Shown one piece after another: positions 16,328 to 23,650 of a stretch of DNA of 25,434 nucleotides. The position numbers and the translations under genes are program-made. The stretch comes from an uncultured Actinomycetes bacterium (GTDB lineage: Bacteria > Actinomycetota > Coriobacteriia > Coriobacteriales > Atopobiaceae): the NCBI GenBank assembly GCA_900315165.1, contig OMXZ01000026.1, positions 1 to 25,434 on the forward strand, written 5' to 3'. Numbering within the stretch: the stretch's first letter is position 1; each line of letters opens with the position of its first letter. The notes under the pieces were generated by a model, which had not been told where the DNA came from, made no database searches, and worked only from the letters and a program-made list of their open reading frames with translations.

Positions 16328-17464
16328 CTACCTCCTTGTCCCGCATTCAGGGCAGAACTTCTCGGAAGGCTGGAACGGCCTGCCGCATTCGGAGCAGAAC
16401 TTCGCAACGGCGCCTGATGATGGATTTCCTTCCGATTCCGTTGCTTCTGGTTTAGGAACACCGCCTGGGCCAGCCGCTAGGTTAACCGTCCCCATGGCGT
16501 CCGACATCGCGCCGCCGACCATGTTGCCGACCGGCCCGCCAACGCCGGCAATCATGCCGAGGCCGATGCCCATGTTCAAGAATTCCCCGACGCCCTCGTT
16601 TGCAGCTACCTTTTCGGCCACATCGAAACCGCGCTCCTGCTGGTACGTGTAGCCCTCTATGCGACGTTTGTCCGCCGTGGCCGTAGCCTCGATGACCGTC
16701 TTCTTAGCCTCGGTCTCTTGGTTGATGACACCTACCTGCTGTTCGATTTGCGCCTCCCTTACATCGGCATACTGCCGGAAGTAGAGCTCGCGAAAACGCT
16801 CGTATATGGGGTCGCCCTCCGGTCGTATGACGGTGGTCACGAGGAACTGGGTCAGCTCGATGCCATACTCAGCAAAATCGGGACGCAACCGGTCCTTCAC
16901 GTCATCGGACAGCTCGCCAAGATGGGCATCCAGCTCGAATATGCTCAGCTTCTGCTGCTGTATCGCCTGGACCAAAGCGGCTTTGACCCTCGTCTGGAGG
17001 AACGCCTTGAAGTACGCGATCAGTTTGTCTTGGGAGAGAATCGCCTCGGTCCCCACGATCTTGACGAGGAGTTTCTTCGCTTCGCGCACGGCGAGCGCCA
17101 TCTCGCCCGAGACCCCGATGGAGAGGGGGAACCCGAATTCGGGCTCCATATACTGCACTTTGGAATTGGTGCCCCAGGCGATGCCCATCTGCTCCGTGAG
17201 GTTGATGAAGTAGACCTCGGCATGGAACGGCGACACGCCACCACTGGGGAGGTTGACAATCTTGTTCACGAGCGGGAGATTCTGGGTCTCGAGCGTGTGG
17301 CGTCCGGGACCGAACAGGTCGAGAGCCTGTCCGTTCAGGAAGAATATCGCCTCCTGCGACTCATGGACGATGAGCTGGGAAGCGGTGTTGAAGTCCTCGC
17401 TTGGATGCTTCCAGACGAATGTGCGGTTGTCGCCCTCATACTTGATGACGTCTATGATGCTCAT
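16328..17464 (-). CDS. SPFH/Band-7 domain protein with Gly/Met-rich linker and C-terminal double CxxC zinc ribbon (COG4260, B. subtilis YdjI-like)
   Basis: It is trimmed to the ATG at 17464 (MSIIDVIKYEGDNRTFVWKHP...). The 17494 start is a GTG. The N-terminal pattern and the C-terminus KFCSECG...KFCPECG match YdjI-type proteins. Confidence 0.8.
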   Translation of the reverse strand: MSIIDVIKYEGDNRTFVWKHPSEDFNTASQLIVHESQEAIFFLNGQALDLFGPGRHTLETQNLPLVNKIVNLPSGGVSPFHAEVYFINLTEQMGIAWGTNSKVQYMEPEFGFPLSIGVSGEMALAVREAKKLLVKIVGTEAILSQDKLIAYFKAFLQTRVKAALVQAIQQQKLSIFELDAHLGELSDDVKDRLRPDFAEYGIELTQFLVTTVIRPEGDPIYERFRELYFRQYADVREAQIEQQVGVINQETEAKKTVIEATATADKRRIEGYTYQQERGFDVAEKVAANEGVGEFLNMGIGLGMIAGVGGPVGNMVGGAMSDAMGTVNLAAGPGGVPKPEATESEGNPSSGAVAKFCSECGRPFQPSEKFCPECGTRR

Positions 17465-17480
17465 GTAAAGTAGGCCCCCA

Positions 17481-17620
17481 TCGAAAACGTACACGTTTTG
17501 GAGGGGCGAAAAACTTGGTCGGGCAGGGTTGCAGTTGGCCTATTTGCTGGGCATATGCAAAGGTCGCTAGCGTATAATGACCCACTAAGTGACAAAAGCA
17601 AAACGTGTAGTTTTTGGTGC
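17481..17620. promoter_or_regulatory. two about 24-bp imperfect inverted repeats (tcgAAAACGTacACGTTTTggagg at 17481-17504; gcAAAACGTGTAgtttttggtgc at 17598-17620) flanking a roughly 90-bp spacer that carries a perfect TATAAT (17573-17578) on the plus strand and a perfect TTGACA (complement of 17621-17626) on the minus strand
   Basis: Read directly. It lies between the SPFH operon start and the 3' end of the serine invertase gene. It is a candidate for hix-like recombination sites or repressor operators. Confidence 0.3.
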
Positions 17621-17658
17621 TGTCAAATTCTCCGCTTTACCTGCTAAGACGCCATTAT

Positions 17659-18273
17659 TCAGTCATTGCCATCATCGGTGGCATCTTCCTTGAGCCATCG
17701 ATCGAAGGTGCTTGCAGAAACCTTGAGTCGCGTGGCCGCCTCTTGCCTTGTCAGGTGCCCTCCGAGGTAGGATTCCTTCGTGCTCGTATAGCACGCCGGA
17801 CGCTTCTTTTTCGGTCTGCCGAATCGCACACCACGTGCCTGAGCTGCGGCGATGCCCTCCGCCTGCCGCTGCTTGATGTTCTCTCGCTCCATCTGGGCAA
17901 CGTAGGATAACAGTTGCAATACGATGTCCGAGATGAGCACGTTCGTCAGCCCGTCGCGGTGGTTGCGCGTGTCGAGCAGGGGCATGTCGAGAACAACTAT
18001 GGCAGCGCCGCGCTCCTTCGTGAGCAACCTCCACTGCTCCAAAATCTCATCGTAATTGCGCCCGAGTCTGTCGATGCTCTTGATGACGACCACGTCTTCT
18101 GGTCGGAGCGCTCTAAGGAGACGCTGGTATTCGGGACGTGCAAAGTCTTTGCCGCTCGCTTTGTCCATGAACACGTTATCCCGATTGACGCCGAACTCTG
18201 CAAGCGCGTCGAGTTGCCTGTCGAGGTTCTGGTCGCGCGTGGATACACGCGCATAGCCGTATACGCTGCCCAT
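17659..18273 (-). CDS. small serine recombinase, DNA invertase/resolvase type (Hin/Gin/Pin-like) with C-terminal HTH
   Basis: The N-terminus YGYARVSTRDQNLDRQ carries the catalytic Ser. Length is 204 aa, and the C-terminal HTH is RQEAATRLKVSASTFDRWL. Confidence 0.85.
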   Translation of the reverse strand: MGSVYGYARVSTRDQNLDRQLDALAEFGVNRDNVFMDKASGKDFARPEYQRLLRALRPEDVVVIKSIDRLGRNYDEILEQWRLLTKERGAAIVVLDMPLLDTRNHRDGLTNVLISDIVLQLLSYVAQMERENIKQRQAEGIAAAQARGVRFGRPKKKRPACYTSTKESYLGGHLTRQEAATRLKVSASTFDRWLKEDATDDGND

Positions 18274-18496
18274 ATGATTGCCTTTCTGCTAGGTTACCTT
18301 TGTCCAAGAAAGGCGATCAGTTGCAACATCTGGCTGTTTTTCATACCGCTCCATTTGCATCTCGTACCAGCTCCGATGCTGCATTGGCGCATTCCTCGAA
18401 CCTTAGAACTCGCAGCGTAGGCGGTGGTCACAAGCGGGAGTTTTGAAGAGCGGTCACAGCAGTTAATGCCTCTTTGCATGTTGCCGTAAGAGGCTC

Positions 18497-18525
18497 TTGA
18501 CTTCTTACGTGTAACGTCTTACTGT
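18497..18525 (+). promoter_or_regulatory. candidate promoter of the RHH-YfbU gene (TTGACT, 17-nt spacer, TACTGT) with an ACGTGTAACGT motif in the spacer (operator-like)
   Basis: Read directly. The AGGAAGG RBS follows at 18553-18559 and the ATG at 18565. Confidence 0.35.
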
Positions 18526-18564
18526 ATGACACGACAAGTATTGCACATACGAAAGGAAGGCTTC

Positions 18565-19284
18565 ATGCCAACCGTGTCAATCAGAGTAAGCGACGAGCTC
18601 AAGTCTCGGCTCGACACGCTTGCGCAGGAAAGCGAGAGCACGCTGTCGGGTGTCATCGTCGAAGCGCTCAACTCCATTACCGGACTCGGCCGCGAGGACT
18701 ATCCCGAGGAGACGGCGCCCTACACCATCAACAACGCGAACCGACTCATCCTTCGCAACACCGAGCTGCTGCTCGCGCACTGCTCGGACCTTGACGAGGA
18801 CGAGCGCGAGTCCCATGCGAAGAACGTCACAATCCTTGAGGAGGGCTTCACGGGCGAGTATCACCACGTCTTCGCCGCGCTGCGCCCGGAGATTCCCAAC
18901 GCGCGCTGCGACGAGCTCTTCGACATCCTCGACATGTTCCGTGTGCTCAGGGCGTCATACAACAAGCTCCCAGACGACGAAAAGGTGCAGATCGAAGAAC
19001 GCGACATCTCGTTTCGCGGCTTCGACTACAGTGACGACGAGGAGACGGCCCTTCCCGGTTACGTCGAGTACCTGTTCGCCGACGACCGCTACACCGAGCT
19101 CGCCGAACCGCTTTCCCGCTTCTCTGACGGCGGCAACTCTCACCACCGCAACCTCGACATCTACCGCCGGATGCTGCGCTGCTTCAACCAGCTGTGGCGC
19201 AAGCACATCATCAGCTTCGACCTGCTAAGCCTCGACGAGATCAAGCAGGTCGTGTCCGCCGCCCCCTACAATTCCGGCTATTAG
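18565..19284 (+). CDS. fusion protein: N-terminal ribbon-helix-helix (CopG-like) DNA-binding domain plus C-terminal YfbU (UPF0304) family domain
   Basis: It is trimmed to the ATG at 18565 with an AGGAAGG RBS. The N-terminus VSIRVSDELKSRLDTLA has the RHH signature. The C-terminus (NNANRLILRN...ERDISFRGFDYSDDEE...YRRMLRCFNQLW...LSLDEIKQVVSA) appears collinear with E. coli YfbU, which is recalled from memory. Confidence 0.65.
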   Translation: MPTVSIRVSDELKSRLDTLAQESESTLSGVIVEALNSITGLGREDYPEETAPYTINNANRLILRNTELLLAHCSDLDEDERESHAKNVTILEEGFTGEYHHVFAALRPEIPNARCDELFDILDMFRVLRASYNKLPDDEKVQIEERDISFRGFDYSDDEETALPGYVEYLFADDRYTELAEPLSRFSDGGNSHHRNLDIYRRMLRCFNQLWRKHIISFDLLSLDEIKQVVSAAPYNSGY

Positions 19285-19296
19285 GAGGCGATCGAA

Positions 19297-20298
19297 ATGG
19301 CAGGCAACGCCAATCTGGCCCAGGCGAAAGCAGCGCACAAGAGGCCGATGCTCAGCGTGAGCCAGCAGATTGAGCGCCTGAAGGAGAAAGGCCTGACGTA
19401 CGACCTGTGCGACGAGGCCCAGGCTGCCGACATCCTCGCGAAGAAGAACAACTACCTACGCATAACCTCGTACCGAAAGCTATACGAGCGTCAGATGGAA
19501 GGCCCCAACGTCGGCAAGTACGTCAACCTCGATTTCGGCGACCTCGTGGCGATTTCGTCACTCGACAGGCAGCTGCGCGAGGCTTTCCTCACGATGACAA
19601 TCGACGTCGAGCATTTCGCCAAGTTGAAGGTGCTCTCGCAGCTCGAGAAGGAGGGCGAAGACGGCTACGCAATCGTCACGGACTTCTACGCAAGCCTGAA
19701 CCATGCAGGGCGCAACGCCATCCAAGGCGCCATGAAGGTTCGCGGCGGCGAGGGCGAGCGTCACGACGCGTACGCCGGGGACCTCATAGCCCATCACCTG
19801 CAAGACATGCCGGTCTGGGTGTTCCTGGAGGTTATCGACTTCGGGACGTTCGTCGACTTCTACCTGTTCTGCGCAGGCCGATGGCACAACGACGCAATGC
19901 TGCAAGAGCACTACGCGCTCAAGAGCGTCAAGGCGCTGCGAAACGCCACGGCACATAACCATTGCATTCTGAACGGTTTCACGAGGGCCGAGGCACGCGC
20001 AGGGTACACCACGCCGCAAGCCATCACCGACTCGCTGAATGCGGCGGGCATGCCAAGGACGAAGGCCAGGCGCGCCAAGCTCTCCAACCTCCGCATCGCC
20101 CAAATGGCAGCAACCCTGTACTGCCTGAGCACGCTCTGCACGAGCGAGTCCGCCATGGCGCGGCATGCCCGGAGACTCGCCGCGGTCCATGCCGCATACG
20201 AGGCCCATATTGACCGTTACCGCCTGAACAGCTCGTTTGTGTCGTTCTTCGACTTCCTGTTCCGTCTCGTTGACATCTGGGTGCCATGCGGGACATAA
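19297..20298 (+). CDS. abortive infection protein, Abi_2 (AbiD/AbiF-like) HEPN family
   Basis: The N-terminus has the typical motif KRPMLSVSQQIERLKEKGLTYD...NNYLRITSY. The HEPN motif LRNATAHNHCIL is present. Length is 333 aa. Confidence 0.8.
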   Translation: MAGNANLAQAKAAHKRPMLSVSQQIERLKEKGLTYDLCDEAQAADILAKKNNYLRITSYRKLYERQMEGPNVGKYVNLDFGDLVAISSLDRQLREAFLTMTIDVEHFAKLKVLSQLEKEGEDGYAIVTDFYASLNHAGRNAIQGAMKVRGGEGERHDAYAGDLIAHHLQDMPVWVFLEVIDFGTFVDFYLFCAGRWHNDAMLQEHYALKSVKALRNATAHNHCILNGFTRAEARAGYTTPQAITDSLNAAGMPRTKARRAKLSNLRIAQMAATLYCLSTLCTSESAMARHARRLAAVHAAYEAHIDRYRLNSSFVSFFDFLFRLVDIWVPCGT

Positions 20299-20310
20299 TG
20301 GCATCACATG

Positions 20311-20327
20311 AAAAACCTTCGGGTTTG
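20311..20327 (+). terminator. short hairpin with UUCG tetraloop (aaacc ttcg ggttt) 13 nt after the Abi_2 stop
   Basis: Read directly. The U-tract is weak (uuugu). Confidence 0.35.
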
Positions 20328-20602
20328 TAGGGGCGGGGTCGCGCAAGCGGTCTCGCTCCAGTTTTTTGTGCCTCGGTCAGGCTTAATGACCTGAAGAAGC
20401 CGCACGTCAACCATCGCTGCGCGGTAATACGACAAGCAATCCTCACGTTGTCGAATTTATCTATGCCGCCAGTCCTGGCCGCTGGCCCGCGCGCGTGCTG
20501 CCAACCACGGGCTGGGCCGCAGCCCGGCCGCCCGCGCTCCGGGTGTGCGCTCGGGCCGTTCGTGCCGCATGCCGTCCATGGCGCAGGCAAGTCTCCCGTT
20601 AC

Positions 20603-20707
20603 GGCCACAGGGGCAAACGGTGCGCGTCTTCACCACGGCTACGCCAGCCGCTTCGCGTCTGGCTCCGCAGCATCGGGTTCAGCCACGCACCGTTTGCCCC
20701 TGTGGCC
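20603..20707. repeat. perfect 22-bp inverted repeat (ggccacaggggcaaacggtgcg at 20603-20624 / cgcaccgtttgcccctgtggcc at 20686-20707) enclosing a 61-nt loop, inside an about 850-bp GC-rich tract with no convincing ORF
   Basis: Verified base by base. ORFs in this tract are mutually overlapping and have junk-like composition. Confidence 0.6.
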
Positions 20708-21074
20708 TACTGCAGCTCTCACTGATGCGCCATGGCCGCCATGCGTCACGCCCGGCCAGCGGCGCACACCCTACGCGCGGTCGTCCGGTCTGCTGCGTTT
20801 TCCGGCTCGTCCGCACGCACACGGTCCATCGTCCAGGGCGGGCGGCATAGACCTCTCGCCAGCCTCCATGTCCGGCTCCCTTGCCAGCGGCAGCTGCAGC
20901 GACACCCAGGGCACTAGCGGCCGCCAGCGCGTCCCAGACAGCCCCATATGAGGCCGTATCGGACCCGTGACAGCTCCACCAGCCAACGCACGCCACCCCA
21001 AATGCTGCCGAACCTGAAACCCGCTCCTACGGGCTTGCGACGGCCCCGTCAGGCCACCCACTGCGCCAAACATA

Positions 21075-21125
21075 AAGCACCCCGCACGGGAGGCTCCCAG
21101 CCAGCCGTACGGGGTGCTGTGTCGG
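21075..21125 (-). terminator. rho-independent terminator of the portal gene (9-bp stem agcaccccg/cggggtgct with nested GGGAG/CTCCC, followed on the minus strand by TTTATGTTT)
   Basis: Read directly. It lies about 28 nt downstream of the portal stop. Confidence 0.5.
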
Positions 21126-21145
21126 CTCGTGATGCTCTTGCAAAC

Positions 21146-22630
21146 CTATTCGGTGCCATTGCGCATGCCGACGCTCCCGACGCCCACCTCGGAGGCGCGA
21201 GAACGAGCGACGGCCTCCTCTTCTCCGTACCACTTGGCGCGGTACTCCCAGGCAGCCATGGTGACACCAACCTCGCGCATGTCCTGCTCCTTCTCGGCGG
21301 CGGTGTCCTGGATGATGCTGTCGTCATACTGCACGCGCACGGAACCCTCCTCGGGGATCTGCTCGCCGAACCCGCGCGACACTGCCATGACGGCGCGCGC
21401 GATGCCCGCGATGGCCCCCTCCAGGCTGTTCTCATGCCGGCGGATGTTGCGCATCAGGGCCGAATTGTCCGAGCTCACCTCGGTAGCCGTCTTGACGTAC
21501 CCGCGCGAGTCGTCCATGTCGAAGTAGTTGATGCCGAAGCCGGTGAGGTCGCCGAGCATCTGCAGGGCCACGCGGAACGCCTCGATCTGCCCGCTGGTTC
21601 TAAGCGCAGGCGCGAACTCCTGGATGGTGTCCTCCGTGCTCATGACCTTGCGGAAGACGGTGCAGTCCTGCTTGCCGAACGGGATGGTGACGTTCTTATT
21701 CCCGTCCTGCTCGCGGTCGAAAAGGACATCCGACAAGAACACCCTCATCTTGCTCAGGTCGATCTCGTTGATGAGAGCGTCGAAGGTGAGGTCCACGGCC
21801 TGCACCGCATCCACCGCATCCGCGAAGACGCTCTGGCCATAGGGCGACATATCCACGCGAGTGTTTGTGACCGCCGGCTTGACGATGCCGAAGGTGGGGA
21901 AAGGGCAGCCCGTATCATAGATCGGGAGGATGCCCACCGGCGCGAGCTCGTTGCCCTCGTGGTCGAAGCACACGGTGACGATCCTATAGGTCTCCTCGCT
22001 TTCATTGGTGAGAAGACCTTCCGCGCATTCAGGTGAAGGTGTGGAAGGTGAAGAAGAGTCAGGCGAGAAGACCATGCCGCCCTTGAGGTGCATCTGCAGC
22101 TGGTCCACGGCCTTGCCACGGTAGAAGGCACGCGTGACGAAGGCGCATTCGCTGATGCCGTCCTCGTCCCAGCTCAGGGGAATGACCATGCGAGCGTCAT
22201 AGTGGCGGATGCGAACCTTCCTCTTGCCCAGGTCGATCCACAACGCCCAGGCACCGGTGCCGAGCCCGAAGGCACGTACCACGGTGGCCTGCGCCGCGTT
22301 CATGAAGTTCGTGGAAGAGAAGAACGAGTTGATCCAGTCGGTGGCCTTCTGGTTCTCGCAGACGACCTTCACTTACTCGTTGAGGAGAAGGGATCCCCAC
22401 TCCTTGCACACGCGCATAGCCGGGTGAATGCTCCTACGGTGAACCGCATACACGCGCCCCATACCGTCTTTGTCCCTGTAATCGTAGAATTCCCCGCGCG
22501 CGCTCATCCAGTCATCCCACGAGCGGATCCACGGCTCCATGTCATCCAGGGGAAGAACAAACCCGAGCTTGCGCAGATAGTCCTTAACATGCTCCGGCAC
22601 CCAGTATTCGTCGAGACCATTAGCGCCCAT
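21146..22630 (-). pseudogene. phage portal protein gene (SPP1 gp6-like family) interrupted by an in-frame TAA at 22373-22375
   Basis: Track ORFs 22373..22630 (85 aa) and 21146..22372 (408 aa) are in the same frame and separated by a single TAA. Combined length is about 494 aa. The portal-like segment is VKTATEVSSDNSALMRNIRRHENSLEGAIAGIARAV. A strong GGAGGTGACGC RBS lies before 22630. Position between terminase and scaffold fits. Confidence 0.6.
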
Positions 22631-22751
22631 GCGTCACCTCCGATAGTCCGGCCGATAAGGTCAGGTGAAGTGTCCGCTGCCGTCACAAACAGCCGCGTGC
22701 CTTAGAATGTCGAGAAGAGCTTTCTGTTCGATAAGAGAAGCCGAGGAGAAC

Positions 22752-23501
22752 ATGCAGAACAGGTACACGGGCGACATAGGCGACTACAGCAAGCTGGGCC
22801 TGCTCCGGGCTCTGCAGTCGGCAGGCTTCTCGATAGGGCTCAACTGGTACCTCACGCCAGACGAGACGCACAACAGCGACGGCCGCCACGTTGGCTACCT
22901 TTACCAGGACGAGTATCGCGAATGCGACCCAGGCCTCTGGCTCGGCCTCAAAGCAATTGTCGATGGAAAGAACCGAGAAGTTCGTTACATGGAAAACGAC
23001 AACATCCTGCAGGCAACGTTCTTCTCCGACTGCCTCGACTTTTCCGATGATGATGGATGCGGAAAGCGTAAGTGCAAGCCAAAAGCCGAGAGAACCGCGC
23101 TTCGTGGTGATTGGTTCGGAAGATCTCTCGCCCTGTTGGCGGGAAAAGACATCGTGTGCGTTGATCCAGACAACGGCCTGGTCGTACCCTCCGCCTTGGG
23201 TAGGCCGAAGGAGAACAAGTACGTCCTACCCGAAGAGCTCGCCAGGTACTACGCCCAGGGCTCCACGGTCGTCTACTACCAGCACAAGGCAAGGCGAAAG
23301 GACTCCTTCTACACGGATCAGCTAAAGGCGCTGTTGAGAAGAGAAGACCTCCTCGGAGCTTCTGGCATTGCGTTGAAGTTCGAGAAGGTCTCGCAGCGCT
23401 ACTACATGTTCATCACCCAGCCAAGGCATAGGGAGATGGTCGAGAAGACCGTGAGGGACATGCTTTCGACTGACTGGGGAAAGCACTTCCGCCAGCTCTG
23501 A
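22752..23501 (+). CDS. hypothetical protein (249 aa; motifs GDIGDYSKLG, VCVDPDNGL) encoded opposite to the phage late genes between terL and portal
   Basis: It is trimmed to the ATG at 22752 with GAGGAG 4 nt upstream. Coding-like composition. No domain recognised. Confidence 0.5.
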   Translation: MQNRYTGDIGDYSKLGLLRALQSAGFSIGLNWYLTPDETHNSDGRHVGYLYQDEYRECDPGLWLGLKAIVDGKNREVRYMENDNILQATFFSDCLDFSDDDGCGKRKCKPKAERTALRGDWFGRSLALLAGKDIVCVDPDNGLVVPSALGRPKENKYVLPEELARYYAQGSTVVYYQHKARRKDSFYTDQLKALLRREDLLGASGIALKFEKVSQRYYMFITQPRHREMVEKTVRDMLSTDWGKHFRQL

Positions 23502-23512
23502 CACGCAATCGC

Positions 23513-23647
23513 TTAGGCGCCAATAAGGGCGAGAAGAGCCAACGTCACCAAGGCGCACGCCAGCAGCCGCATGAACTCGAGCACTGCGAGAAGAGCACAG
23601 ATGCCGACGGCAATAAGAATGGCGAGAAGAACGATGAGAAAAGCCAT
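23513..23647 (-). CDS. 44-aa hydrophobic peptide (MAFLIVLLAILIAVGICALLAVLEFMRLLACALVTLALLALIGA), two predicted TM segments
   Basis: The ATG is 3 nt after the terL stop, with a GAGGT RBS. It is below the track cut-off. Confidence 0.3.
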   Translation of the reverse strand: MAFLIVLLAILIAVGICALLAVLEFMRLLACALVTLALLALIGA

Positions 23648-23650
23648 TGC

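Noticed and set aside
17573-17578. Calling a definite promoter from the lone TATAAT in the invertase-SPFH intergenic region
   Set aside because: There is no acceptable -35 at a 16-18 bp spacing on that strand. I kept it only as part of the invertible-switch hypothesis.
9851-22375. Alternative genetic code or suppressor tRNA to explain the in-frame TGA and TAA
   Set aside because: All other genes terminate normally with TAA, TGA or TAG. Two different stop codons are involved. No tRNA gene is present in the window. Pseudogenisation or sequencing error is the simpler explanation.
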